A stretch of DNA of 63,909 nt, filler included, from Trichomonas gallinae (GCA_008369845.1; 8 parts of 8 records of this genome joined end to end with filler, not necessarily neighbours in it), one strand, 5' to 3'. Shown: positions 45,170-56,949, counted from the whole stretch's first letter. The notes: generated from the letters alone by a model not told the origin. Program-made: numbers and translations.

Positions 45170-45698
45170 ATTTATATTTTTTGTTTGTTATATTTTTGTA
45201 AGTAAAATCTTACAAGCGTTTTATATTGCTTTATTTAATTTTTCCTACGACCCATGTATTCCTTATTGATATTTTAACCTTTATTAATCATCTTTTTAAT
45301 TTTCAATTTTTTTTCGGGGCGAATCGCTTTATTTATTCATTAATACTTCTGTCTGACAGTGCGTTTTATAAATATCCTTTCCTTATAAAATAAAAATTAT
45401 AATTGGCCGACTTTTAGAAAATATCCATTTATCTCTGGTCGGCAGTGATAACATTTGCTGATATTTTGATATTATGTTGATAAGAGGCTAAAGAAGCCAT
45501 ATATGAAGTCAGATCAATTTATACCGACGGTTCAAAAATAATTTCCTTTACAATTATATTTTGCTATACAAGTGATAGAGAATAAAATGCAAAATTTAGT
45601 GGGTCGTTAAGTGTACTCAAAATTTTTTGGATTTGAAAAGATCATTCAAAAAATTCCTCTGAAAAAATTGTTTACACTTTTCACATCATTTATTCTCG

Positions 45699-46253
45699 AT
45701 GTATCAACTCGAGCAGATTTGCACAGCCAATGCCAAGTTCATCAAGGAAAACCCAGATCTCCCGAAGCTTAACAAGTGCCCATCAAGGAGAATCGCTATC
45801 GTTACATGCATGGATACAAGATTAGTTGGTTTCGCTGAGGAGGCCATCGGCGTTAAGCGTGGTGAGGCAACAGTCATCAAGGCTGCTGGCAATGGCGTCT
45901 GGTCTTCTGGCTTGAGTGATATCATCGTCTCACTCTTAGTTTCCATCTACGAGCTCGGCGCTAAGGAGATCTTCGTCATCGGTCACGAAGCCTGCGGCAT
46001 GACACATGCCACAACAGACTCACTTAGCCTCGCTATGGTTAAGGCTGGCGTTAAGGCTTCTGATATCGATAAAGTTAAGTCAGAACTCACAAGATATGTT
46101 GATGACTTCAAGGATCCGGTCGACAATGTCAAGAAGACAGTCGCCAAGTTGCGTGAGAACCCACTCATCACAAAGAACATCCCAATCCATGGTATGGTTA
46201 TCCACCCAGACACAGGAAAGGTCACAACAATCGTCAACGGCTACAACAAATAA
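45699..46253 (+). CDS. Beta-class carbonic anhydrase
   Basis: Zn ligands CMDTR and HEACGM; strong codon bias; TCATT Inr upstream. Confidence 0.93.
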   Translation: MYQLEQICTANAKFIKENPDLPKLNKCPSRRIAIVTCMDTRLVGFAEEAIGVKRGEATVIKAAGNGVWSSGLSDIIVSLLVSIYELGAKEIFVIGHEACGMTHATTDSLSLAMVKAGVKASDIDKVKSELTRYVDDFKDPVDNVKKTVAKLRENPLITKNIPIHGMVIHPDTGKVTTIVNGYNK

Positions 46254-47431
46254 ACTAGTAAATCTATGAGTTTATTCTATAAACCCGCCATTTTTCACCG
46301 ATTTTGGGAGATGTGACTTCATGGTTAATTGTTGCTGATTCAATCATTATTCGCAATTTCCTCAACAAATATCCTGGAGAAATTCGCTATCTCAGCTTTT
46401 CTAAAAATGATGCCAAGAAATTCATCAAAATTCGAATTTAGGAATGTCGAAATTAATTATTTATTGTATTATTTAGCGATTCTACTGATTTATTCAAGGT
46501 TTTGGTTAAATTCGAAATATTTTTCGATGTTTATTACCCGTAAATTTGCATTCAAGCTTAATAATTGCTCTGGAAAACTGACCGTTCAAAGAGTATTTTA
46601 TCCTACAATGCTTGTAAGCGAAAATAACTGTGAAAGAAAGGTATGGAAACTTCGAAGGGCTCTAGGAAATTGCCCTAAACTTTGCAGGTATTATATAGAC
46701 ACCTTAAAGATACTANNNNNNNNNNNNNNNNNNNNNNNNNNNNNNNNNNNNNNNNNNNNTTAATTAATTAANNNNNNNNNNNNNNNNNNNNNNNNNNNNN
46801 NNNNNNNNNNNNNNNTATATTTATTCTTTCATTTCTGAGAAGATGGAAGCAACTCATAAATCATCATCACATCATTATATAGCCATTCATACATTTCTTT
46901 TTAAAGTAATCAAATTAAATAAGACTGGAATTAAATTTAATGTTTCAGGTTATGCATTTCTGAGTAAATTAAGATGTGTTCGACATATTCAGGACGATAA
47001 AAACTTATGTTATTTTAATGCTTTGTTTGGAATATAAATTACACTTATAAGCTTGAATGTGGAACTTAAAAAATTAAGTTAGTTTTTATTTTATTTTTAT
47101 TTTTTTATTCTTACATAAATGAGCCAAAAAGTAAAGACAATGATGAACGAAAATAGCATTAGAGCTGAAGGAAAAAAGAAGTTTAAAGTTGCCTTTTTTT
47201 CCCCACTATATATATGGTTATTGTCCCCACTATATATAATATGTAAAATCTGGCAACCAACCCCCGACATATACTACTAAAAATTTTGATTTCAGATCTG
47301 AAAAACGTTATTGCTGACATCAGATGATTGTTTATATACATATTATAAAGAGAAAATAACATGTTTTCATTTATAATTTTCGGTTTGAGATGATTTGGCG
47401 GTTTTGACATTTGATGTGATGATTAATTTTT

Positions 47432-47770
47432 ATGGAAAGTGAAGGAAAAGAAGCGAAACTACAGCAAGAAGGGGAAGATAATGACTTAATGGAACTGTCC
47501 GAGAATGTTCAAACTGCATTTGATCAATGGAACGAGTTGACACAAAGTTATCTTTAATTTTCTAACAAAACAGAATTTAAGAATCATCTGATGATGTTTA
47601 AAACTGATATTGAAAGAGCTGTAGCATCACATGGCAAAGGATATCTAATACTCACCAGTGCAGAGACTTGGCTCGATAAAGTTTATCAATCTGCAGTAAG
47701 CGTGCAGGAAGATGTTCAAAATGTTCTTAAAGAAGCTCAAATGGCCCTTAAATCAATATCAGCACAATAA
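47432..47770 (+). CDS. Hypothetical 103-aa helical protein with a candidate 27-nt intron (47547-47573)
   Basis: ATG 47432 to TAA 47770 is one frame, interrupted only by TAA 47555-47557, which lies inside GTTATCTTTAATTTTCTAACAAAACAG. Confidence 0.6.
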
Positions 47771-48033
47771 AGCATTCAATGTAATCACTAATTTAGAAAA
47801 ATACATTAACCTTTCTAAAACCCTTTTTGAAATGAAATTTTTTTGTATCTCTCTCATATTGAAGTTGGTTAAGTTATTTGTAGTCACTTGGATCAATATT
47901 ACTGATATTATTAAATTTAAGATTAGATAACATTTAGATTTCGGACTTTTCATAGATGATTAAAGTTAATTAAGGCATTTTTATAAATAAAATTATTTTC
48001 AAAACGAGATTTGCAAAAATAATAATAATCTGC

Positions 48034-49167
48034 TTAGTAAAGTGCTCCTGGGCGTGCATTAACTGGAGCAGTACCAATACGCTCATTAAGCTTGATACGG
48101 CGCATTTCTCTGGCGCAGGAAGCCTGGGCTTCAGCGAGTTCTTTCTCGAGATTCTCGATCGCTTTCTTTGACTGGCGGAGCTCTGCAGTTGTATCACGAG
48201 AAACCTTCTCCTTCTTCCTTCTCCAGATCTCACGGAAGCACTCACGCTGCTCGACCATCTTCTTGTCGAGATATTTGCGATTGAGATTAAATGCGCGAAC
48301 GAATTTCTCGTTCTGTGCCTGAAGCTGCTTCTTTTCGAGAGCAAGGGCCTGCTTGCTGAAGTTGTCAGCATCATCGTACATTCTCAGGCGGGCAGCCTTG
48401 CGCTGGCGTTCACGGAGGTTGAGAGCATTAGCGTTGAATTTGGAGTACTCGAGTGGAAGAGACTTTGGAACATGAGAGCCGTACTCAAGGGACTCTGCAG
48501 CGATCTTCTCTTCGAGTTCTTCTGCAGCAGCTGCCTCGAGAGCTTCGTATTGTTGGCGTTGTGTGTGGACCTGAAGGCGGACGTCGTTGTAGTGCATGCG
48601 AGCCTCATCGAGCTTGCGCTGGATGGCCTCAACTCTCTGGAATCTTGGGCCGAGACGGCGAGAATCAATTTGATATTCGTCGAGCTGGTCCATAGCCTTG
48701 TCGTAGCGGTCTGAGGACTCGTAGTTAATTCTAGCAACCTTTGTTGATCTGGAGTTCTTCAAAAGAGGCATAACTTTCGGACGAACGTTTGGCGGGACTT
48801 CGGCGGTCTTCTTGCCCTTCGCCATCTCCTTGCGTGTTGGATTGAGGTCATGCTCGGAGAAGTCGCGTGTCCTAACGAGGCTGCGTGTACGTGTGGCGAT
48901 TGGATCTTCTGTACCATCAATTTCGAATTTATCTGGACCGTACTTTAATTCGCTGATAAGGGTTTCCATCTTCGCGGCTGTTGTCTCTTTGCCGTGAAGA
49001 AGGGCATCCTTCCTGCGAGCTGTGAGGATTGTAATAACGTTTTGTGTCATGTGCGGAGGGATAGTGTCGCATTTCGCTCCTCTCATGAGTTGTTCAACAA
49101 TATCATCACAATCGCGGTCGGTCTGGAAGGATCCTGTAAGCGAGCGAGCTCTCAAAGCTCTTCTCAT
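48034..49167 (-). CDS. Basic coiled-coil hypothetical protein
   Basis: 377-aa ATG ORF, R/E/K-rich helical C-terminal half, biased codon usage. Confidence 0.85.
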   Translation of the reverse strand: MRRALRARSLTGSFQTDRDCDDIVEQLMRGAKCDTIPPHMTQNVITILTARRKDALLHGKETTAAKMETLISELKYGPDKFEIDGTEDPIATRTRSLVRTRDFSEHDLNPTRKEMAKGKKTAEVPPNVRPKVMPLLKNSRSTKVARINYESSDRYDKAMDQLDEYQIDSRRLGPRFQRVEAIQRKLDEARMHYNDVRLQVHTQRQQYEALEAAAAEELEEKIAAESLEYGSHVPKSLPLEYSKFNANALNLRERQRKAARLRMYDDADNFSKQALALEKKQLQAQNEKFVRAFNLNRKYLDKKMVEQRECFREIWRRKKEKVSRDTTAELRQSKKAIENLEKELAEAQASCAREMRRIKLNERIGTAPVNARPGALY

Positions 49168-50548
49168 TATTTTTTAATTCTAATAAATACGTTAATAAGA
49201 AAAAAAAATTAATCGATAACGTTTTTTTATTCTGAGTGAAATGAGCAAATGTAAACAAGCCATTCTGTTCCTTTGCCTGTAAATATGACGAATCTGTAAA
49301 AATCCATTTGTCTTATTTTTTTCTGCAAAATTATTTCAGCAGAATTAAGCTTTTCTTATTAATATCGCAATATGCAGCTTTAGTAGTATTTATTCCGATA
49401 ATTGCTCATGTGATAATCAGGTAATTGAGCATTTGGAAAAAATCTTTTACGAAATTCTTGTTGATGTGACATGGGCTATATGCACTTAAGGATAATTTAC
49501 ATTTTGATCGGCGTGAAATTGACTTTTGTTTTCCATTTTACATTTGCTCTGTATTGCAAATGGTTTTCCACCTAAACTACACAATATTCAATATATATGC
49601 ATGATAAATATGATATTTGACATACAGACTAGTGCTGATTCATCAAAAATTGAAATAACGATTATTTTTAAAATTTAAATCTCTTGAATATGAGCTTAAG
49701 GACATTAGCAATGAAATATTTGTTTGAAAATACTTTTAGGTGAAATGTATTTTTGATTGAAACACATTTCTAGAAATTGAACATCGAAACACAACTTAAA
49801 AGTTAATAAAATGAACAAAAATTGAAGAATATCTTAATTTCTATAATTTTAATGTCATCGATGAAATAATTCACTTCAATAACAACAATATTCAATCTTC
49901 CTAACAAGATTGGATGAATATCAGGTGCTAGAATAAATTATAGACATGATTTATGAAACTTTCAAATATAGAATGCATCTTCACATACAATATGGTTAAA
50001 AAAATGGAATAATTTGAATCTGAAATTATATATATAATCTATACTTTCCAATAATAGCCAAGTATATACAAATCCAAATAATTTCATTTCATATATTAAA
50101 AACTGATTATATCGATCATAAAAACATATTATAAAACAAATTTTATTATTTTAGCGATATCAACATATTTAATTAAAATATAGTAATATAAACTTTCTTT
50201 TTATTTCAAATATATCACATAAACTATCTGAAAATGATTATTTTAATACGACGCAATCCAAAATTAGATGAAAAATTGATATTTTTGGTAATTTTGATGG
50301 AAGTTTTAACTATTAAAAGTATGTTAATGCTAATATTATGTTTTAAAAGATCTGAAAATGGTTTACAAAAAAGTGTCAGACAATTGATGCAAAACAAAGT
50401 TTTCAAAATAACTTCAAAAATAGCATCTGTATAGCATGATATATCCAAATATCTCATTGAAATCGCGAAAATCGAATTTTCCCGCTTACATTGTAAAGTA
50501 ACGGCTTTGCGTTACACTTTTTTTCAGTTTGGCGATAATAAAAATCAA

Positions 50549-51940
50549 ATGAGTTCATCGTCGACTAAGAACTATAGTATCATCTACGAGAACAAAAAAT
50601 ACAGAGTAGACCCAGCTATATTTTGCAAAATGTCTGAGAAATTCAAAGAAATCTACGCGCAATATCCGGAAAAATATAAATTTGAAGATGCCGAAGTAGA
50701 TCAAGAAGTTTTCATTGCTTTCATCTCAAGCTGCCAATTAAAGACATTTCAGATTCATCCGAAGAAGGCTCAAGCCCTTCTTAAATTAGCACGCGAATGG
50801 GAAGCTCCTTCGTTAGAAAGCTACGCTACAACAGTCTGCCGTGAAAACGGTTACCCAGTTTATCCTCGTATTGACCCAATTGGCGACTTAAAGCTCAAGC
50901 AAGACAAGAATGAGGATTGTGGTACCGATTACAAGCGTGCTGGCGCAGTCTTCATGGATTCCCTTGACGACGACCGCTTGCTTGAATTTGATCCGGAGCC
51001 ACTTTTCCGCATTGTCGCTTACGCCGAAAAGCTTCCAAATTGGGATGAGCAAAAATACGCAGATTTCGTCATGAAGCTGAGAAAGACAAGCCCAGAGGCT
51101 GCTGTACTTCTCTCTCTTCGCCTTAATTTCACAAAAATCAGTGAGGAAGATAACGACGCACTCTTTGAGTCCCCAGAAATGCGTAATCAGTCTGTCGGAT
51201 TCTTTGTTGCCTACTCACTCAGCCAGACACGCCACCAAACACAAGAATTGATTAATCAGACAACAGCGAAATGCATGGATCAACTCAGAGAGTTTGGAGA
51301 CGACATGCTCGATGCTAACAGTAACCTCAAGCACTTTCTTGAGGAAGATCACCAACGCAATATGAAATTACTCGATGAAGAAATTAATTCTAACGCTGAC
51401 AGGCTCGATAAGCTTGTCCGTGAATTTACAAGGACTGCTGATATTCTCGTTGAAGGTCCACTCTCACCAAATGGTTTTGGCGACCCGGCTTTAAAGCGCA
51501 TCGAGGAAGACGCACAAGATCGTCTTAATAACCTTTACCAGCATATCCGTGATGAACTCGAGAAGAACCACGAGGTTAAGCACCCGAAGATGCAGGAAGA
51601 TGTCAATCGTGTTGAAGAAGAATGGGAGCGTGAGTACAGTGACCCAGTTGCATCTGAAAAGAGAATAAATGACAGGATTTCCGAGCTTGAAGGCGTTTCC
51701 CACAAATATCTTGGCGAAATTGATCAGATCGATAGAGACCTTGATCACATTCGCGGTTCTATCAACGCAAAGATCGCAAGAGATTACGTCAGGACAGATA
51801 AGGGCAGCCGTATCGAGGCTAACATTTACTCTATCTTCGGTGATGAGGCTGACTATGTTAAGAAGGAGTCAGTTGCTGTCGCTGAAATCGATGCTAGACT
51901 TGATAAGCAATGCCCACTTAAGAGTGGTGCCAAAGATTAA
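50549..51940 (+). CDS. Hypothetical protein with an N-terminal BTB-like segment and a C-terminal coiled coil
   Basis: YSIIYENKKYRVDPAIFCKMSEKF...ALLKLAREWEAPSL is BTB-like (inference); ATG at 50549. Confidence 0.75.
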   Translation: MSSSSTKNYSIIYENKKYRVDPAIFCKMSEKFKEIYAQYPEKYKFEDAEVDQEVFIAFISSCQLKTFQIHPKKAQALLKLAREWEAPSLESYATTVCRENGYPVYPRIDPIGDLKLKQDKNEDCGTDYKRAGAVFMDSLDDDRLLEFDPEPLFRIVAYAEKLPNWDEQKYADFVMKLRKTSPEAAVLLSLRLNFTKISEEDNDALFESPEMRNQSVGFFVAYSLSQTRHQTQELINQTTAKCMDQLREFGDDMLDANSNLKHFLEEDHQRNMKLLDEEINSNADRLDKLVREFTRTADILVEGPLSPNGFGDPALKRIEEDAQDRLNNLYQHIRDELEKNHEVKHPKMQEDVNRVEEEWEREYSDPVASEKRINDRISELEGVSHKYLGEIDQIDRDLDHIRGSINAKIARDYVRTDKGSRIEANIYSIFGDEADYVKKESVAVAEIDARLDKQCPLKSGAKD

Positions 51941-52638
51941 AATGCTTTTTATTTATATTAAAATCGTTCCTTTAGAAATCATCTTCATATTCTTTTTCTT
52001 CTTTACTGCACGAAATCCTACCACAACTTCATTCTATTTTTTAGCGTTTTAATTTTTGGAAATCGAAAAATCAATTAAAAAAATATAATTTTTTTATGAA
52101 ATATGCAAAAAACTTTGTATTTCAGTTTTTTTCTCAATTTTAAATAATGGAGTTAAAATTATAATATATGGGCATTAATATCCATGATGTAGTGGTTAAT
52201 TTGAAAAAATTTATGAAAATTTCGTTCAATTCTTATAGTTGTAGTTCAAGAATTTGTATTTTATCAGAATAAGACAAATCAATGTAAACACTAAGAGAGA
52301 AAATGCATTTTATCACAAATACAACAAGGTTCCTTGAAGAGACTCGAAAGATATTATGATAAAGTACATCAAGGTGTGGGACTCTTCGGCAAGAGGCGAT
52401 ATGTACCAAAAGACTGAGAGGCAGGACTTAAAGAGCTCACCAAATTGAATTTTTTTGTACTAGATGATTCAATATCTCGCTATGTGGTAAGAATTGAACT
52501 ACATCACTGTATATATATGTACATATATAAGAACACTATATATAAGTCTATGGTAATATTGGACAAAAATCTCTCTATTTCTAGTTATGATGCTGTTAAT
52601 AGCTCTGTAAATTATTTTCAATAAAAATTTTTACAACA

Positions 52639-52747
52639 AATTCAGGGTCTATAGAGTTAACCCCTGTTAAATAAATAATTCAGGGATGTTTGAGGGCCAG
52701 ACACTATTCAATAAATATAGGGTCCATGGTGCAAACCCCTGCTAAAT
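52639..52747. repeat. Three ~39-nt degenerate units with AGGG...CCCTG self-complementary ends, just upstream of Prp43
   Basis: aattcagggtctatagagttaacccctgttaaataaat / aattcagggatgtttgagggccagacactattcaataaat / atagggtccatggtgcaaacccctgctaaat. Confidence 0.5.
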
Positions 52748-52773
52748 TTTAGACATAATTTTGGACGATAGAA

Positions 52774-54942
52774 ATGCATGCTTCTGAGATTGAGCCCGAA
52801 AAACGCCACAGACGCCGCCATCACAGCAAGAGTTCTAATGCCCCGGAGCCGACTCCTGAGGAAGCGCAACAAATTGCCGAAACAGTGAATCAGATGGCAG
52901 AATCCGGTGAGATTAATCCTTATACAAACAAAATTTACAGCAAAAACTATTATAAAATCCTTGAAACAAGAATGAAACTCCCAGTTTATGAGAGAAAAGA
53001 CGAGATTATCGAAGCAGTTCGCAATTCAAAAGTCACAATCATCGAAGGTTCAACGGGTTCAGGTAAAACCACACAAATTCCACGTTTCTTACTCGAAGCT
53101 AACATTATATCACCAAACCAAAAGATCATTTGTACACAACCTCGCAGAGTTGCTGCGATCAATGTTGCTCAGCGTGTTGCTGACGAGATGGATATAGAAC
53201 TCGGTGCAGAGGTTGGCTACTGTGTTAGATTCGATGCGAGAGAGACATCAAAGACACGTTTAACATATATGACCGATGGCTTATTGATGAGGGAGTTCGT
53301 AATTGATCCAACAGTATCTAAATACGGTATTATCATCATCGATGAAGCCCATGAACGCACAATCAACAGCGATATCATCATTGGCTTACTTAAGAGATTA
53401 GTATCTACCCGCGAAGACTTAAAAGTCGTCATCATGTCTGCTACACTCGAAGCAGCGAAGTTCCAGCGCTTCTTCGACGTGAATGGAAACACGCCACACA
53501 TCGTTGTTCCAGGACGACTCCACAAAGTCGTCAAAGTTTACACTGAAGCACCAGTCGAAAACTACTTGAACGAGGCCATTTCTCGTACACTTGAGATCCA
53601 CTTCAACCAGCCAGAAGGAGACATACTTCTTTTCCTTACAGGTGAAGAAGAAATCGAGTCAACGTGCGACAGGCTGAGGACAGAAATCGAGTCACAACAA
53701 CACGAAAACGGAATGAGTGCATACGTTCTCCCATTATATGCATCTCTTCCTCCTAACGAGCAGGCGAAAGTTTTTAGGCCGGCTAAGTTCCCAAACACTC
53801 GCAAGATTATCGTCTCAACGAACATCGCAGAAACATCAGTTACAATCGACGGTGTCGTGTACGTTGTCGATCCTGGATTCGTCAAGCAGAACACATATAA
53901 CCCGCAGAGAAGAATGTCGTCACTTTTAGTTGTCCCGATTTCCAAGGCTGCCGCAGTGCAGAGAGCTGGTAGAGCTGGTAGAACACGCAGAGGTATCTGC
54001 TACAGACTTTACACGCAGGAAACATTTGAGAAAGAGCTCCAAGAACAAACTACACCTGAAATACAGAGAAGTGACTTGAGCAATGTTTTGCTTTTGATGC
54101 TCGCTGCAGGAATTTCCGATATCATGCACTTCCCATTCATTGATCCTCCTGAGTACAAGCTCGTCAAAACATCAATTGAGGAGCTCTACTTCATTGGCGC
54201 AGTAGATATTGAAGGTCATCTCACAGAGAAAGGCCGCTTGATGTCTTTGATTCCTGTCGATCCAAAGCTCGCAGCAGCACTCATTTCTTCCAAAGATTTC
54301 GGCTGCACACAGGAGATGGCCACAATCATCGCCTTGCTCGCTGAACAAGGCCAGCCGTTCATGCATCCTGTCAAGGAAGCTGCCGCTGCTGATGCCGCGC
54401 ACAGACCGTTTAAGTGCAGATTCTCAGATCACATCACGTTACTTCGCGCGTTCAATGAGTTCGAAAAGGAGCCAACGAAAGGTTTCTGCGCTCAGAACTA
54501 TTTGAACTACAGATGCCTTGATCGTGCATACAAGAGCAGGCAGCAGTTGCTCAGCCTTTTAAGGAAACAGGGAATCGAAATAAAGTCGATTTATGACGAC
54601 AAATCATGCATCGATCCTGAGAAGCAGATTATTCACGCTCTTCTCATGGGAATGTTCATGCAAACATGCGTTTACAACGCTTCAACGAAGAAATACCAGT
54701 TCATGACAGGCCAGAAAGAAGCAGACATCCATCCATCATCTGCAATTCGCTTCGTCCCACAATGGCTGTTGTACACAGAATATATCTACACAAACAGAGA
54801 GTTCGTCAGGGGCTGCAGCGAAATCGAGCCATCATGGATCATTGATGCATGCCCTGAGTTCTATGACCCAGAGAGATATCCTATTGGCGCAATCAAAGAT
54901 GCATTGAATAGACTTCTTAGAGACGCAAAGAGGTCAAAGTGA
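52774..54942 (+). CDS. PRP43: DEAH-box RNA helicase, Prp43/DHX15-like
   Basis: INPYT...YYKILETRMKLPV, GSGKTTQIP, TQPRRVAA, DEAH, SAT, STNIAETSVTI and QRAGRAGR motifs. Confidence 0.88.
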   Translation: MHASEIEPEKRHRRRHHSKSSNAPEPTPEEAQQIAETVNQMAESGEINPYTNKIYSKNYYKILETRMKLPVYERKDEIIEAVRNSKVTIIEGSTGSGKTTQIPRFLLEANIISPNQKIICTQPRRVAAINVAQRVADEMDIELGAEVGYCVRFDARETSKTRLTYMTDGLLMREFVIDPTVSKYGIIIIDEAHERTINSDIIIGLLKRLVSTREDLKVVIMSATLEAAKFQRFFDVNGNTPHIVVPGRLHKVVKVYTEAPVENYLNEAISRTLEIHFNQPEGDILLFLTGEEEIESTCDRLRTEIESQQHENGMSAYVLPLYASLPPNEQAKVFRPAKFPNTRKIIVSTNIAETSVTIDGVVYVVDPGFVKQNTYNPQRRMSSLLVVPISKAAAVQRAGRAGRTRRGICYRLYTQETFEKELQEQTTPEIQRSDLSNVLLLMLAAGISDIMHFPFIDPPEYKLVKTSIEELYFIGAVDIEGHLTEKGRLMSLIPVDPKLAAALISSKDFGCTQEMATIIALLAEQGQPFMHPVKEAAAADAAHRPFKCRFSDHITLLRAFNEFEKEPTKGFCAQNYLNYRCLDRAYKSRQQLLSLLRKQGIEIKSIYDDKSCIDPEKQIIHALLMGMFMQTCVYNASTKKYQFMTGQKEADIHPSSAIRFVPQWLLYTEYIYTNREFVRGCSEIEPSWIIDACPEFYDPERYPIGAIKDALNRLLRDAKRSK

Positions 54943-55671
54943 TTGTTTTAATATTATTATTAGACCGATTTGCGTTCTCTCGATTCGTTTGAAAACATCG
55001 ACATTTTTTCCAAATCAGGAAGTTATTGCCTAATAACTAAAGACAATGCGAGCAAAAAGTTATTCGGAAATAGAATTATGTTTATTTGCAAATAAATATA
55101 TTCATTANNNNNNNNNNNNNNNNNNNNNNNNNNNNNNNNNNNNNNNNNNNNTTAATTAATTAANNNNNNNNNNNNNNNNNNNNNNNNNNNNNNNNNNNNN
55201 NNNNNNNGATTAGAAAATAGATAACAGTCCATTTACTTTGCTGGTTACCTACCTAGTCCACTGCATCCCAAGCAATTTAAGACCTTATTCCAAAATATCG
55301 GATTTTAATTATCTCGATGTTTCCCAAAAAAAATGGTGTTTTACATTCCATTATCCTTTATACTTATTCATGCTTTAATGCATATTGATGTAAACATTTA
55401 ATTTTTTTGCAATTTTAAACAATTTTTGCTCATTGTAAACTATTCAAATGTGATCATATTATTTTTCATCATTGCATTCAAAAATTGAGATAAAGAATTA
55501 CATCATATTTGTGTAAAAATAGTTTAGTAAATAGAATTCTAAGTTAGTGTGTATAATTGAGAAATCTAAATTCATTTTATTGAATCTCAAATTTACACAT
55601 TCTTAGGTATATCATGTTGCAAAAAAATGCTTTGGATGAAGAAGTGAGAGTGCAATTTTTAAGCATGAGCA

Positions 55672-56706
55672 CTAAATTCTATAGTTTCGATTTATTAATT
55701 TAAATGCTTTTCTTTGGCATACGCATTTCCTAGTTTCGATGTATTTCTTAATGAAGCAGTATTTATTTGTATAGTGAATTAATTGGTTACTGAATGAAGA
55801 TAATCTATTTGTAATGAACACAGCAGTATTAGGCTGGTCAATGCTTTTAATACTATTGTTTATAAAGCAGCTCATATGCACACTGATTGTTCCAATATAT
55901 GTTGTTGTAAAAATATAACTACCATGATTTTTCGTAAAATAGCATTTATAAATAAAAAGTTTTGGACTTGATGTATGTAATAATCCTTGGATTCCATCAT
56001 TAGGAACACAATAATTGTTTATAAAATTTGAATAACGAATGTGATTTACAGAATAACCTCCTTCATAATTATTATCTTGTGCATAAAGTAAAGACTGTTT
56101 TTCTTTGCATGATGTATTTGAAATTGTTGTAAAATTAATCAAAGAATCATATGGCATCCAAAACACACCAATTGAATAATTTAGTAGATTTGTATTATCA
56201 GAAATATTACAATTCTTGCATCTAATCATACCATAATAGTTTGAAAGTGGGGCACTGCTTCCTTGACATGATACGATTGTTGAATCAAGTAAAAAGTTTA
56301 TGTCTGCAGATTTTGGACGCATCAAAATAAATGAATAAATTCCTATAGAATTTTGATCATTTGGATTAAGTTTAGCATTGATGCTACATACATACTTTTG
56401 CACACAGCTTTTTCCCGAAAACAAAACACAACATCCTTTGTTTTCTTGTAAATATGAATTCATGAATGTTGTTCTATAAATTAATAAATATGGTGAATAA
56501 TCATTTGTAAACACTCTTACGCATCCATATGGACTAAAATTATTAAATAATACGTTATTGATTAATACTGTATTATTGTTTGTTACTCTATCTTTTGCAT
56601 TCTCGTTTTGTACTACTGTTATCAATGATGTTCCATTAAAATACTCATCCCAGATCCAGTAATATGCTCCGGTATGAAGATGACAGCTCAATGCTAGAGG
56701 AATCAT
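55672..56706 (-). CDS. Asn/Ile/Cys-rich putative surface protein with FxxN repeats (same broad family as 8698-9827)
   Basis: Starts MIPLALSCHL..WDEYF; contains FINN, FTKN and CNISDN repeats. Confidence 0.7.
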   Translation of the reverse strand: MIPLALSCHLHTGAYYWIWDEYFNGTSLITVVQNENAKDRVTNNNTVLINNVLFNNFSPYGCVRVFTNDYSPYLLIYRTTFMNSYLQENKGCCVLFSGKSCVQKYVCSINAKLNPNDQNSIGIYSFILMRPKSADINFLLDSTIVSCQGSSAPLSNYYGMIRCKNCNISDNTNLLNYSIGVFWMPYDSLINFTTISNTSCKEKQSLLYAQDNNYEGGYSVNHIRYSNFINNYCVPNDGIQGLLHTSSPKLFIYKCYFTKNHGSYIFTTTYIGTISVHMSCFINNSIKSIDQPNTAVFITNRLSSFSNQLIHYTNKYCFIKKYIETRKCVCQRKAFKLINRNYRI

Positions 56707-56949
56707 TCTTAAAACAGCACAATTGGACAAACTGCTATGTCGCAGTTTGACATTTTATCTGCTTTTAATCATTTATTTTTTTTTTTTTTTTTGTATATTT
56801 TTCGATACAACAAGTCGACATCGAAACAAAAAAAAAAAAAAAAAAAAAANNNNNNNNNNNNNNNNNNNNNNNNNNNNNNNNNNNNNNNNNNNNTTAATTA
56901 ATTAANNNNNNNNNNNNNNNNNNNNNNNNNNNNNNNNNNNNNNNNNNNN

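Noticed and set aside
46329..46715. ORF running into the gap after the carbonic anhydrase
   Set aside because: Low-information AT-rich translation with no motif; truncated, so it cannot be assigned
52310..52450. Short protein-like stretch (RYVPKD*EAGLKEL), vaguely Sel1-like
   Set aside because: Too short and interrupted to support a call
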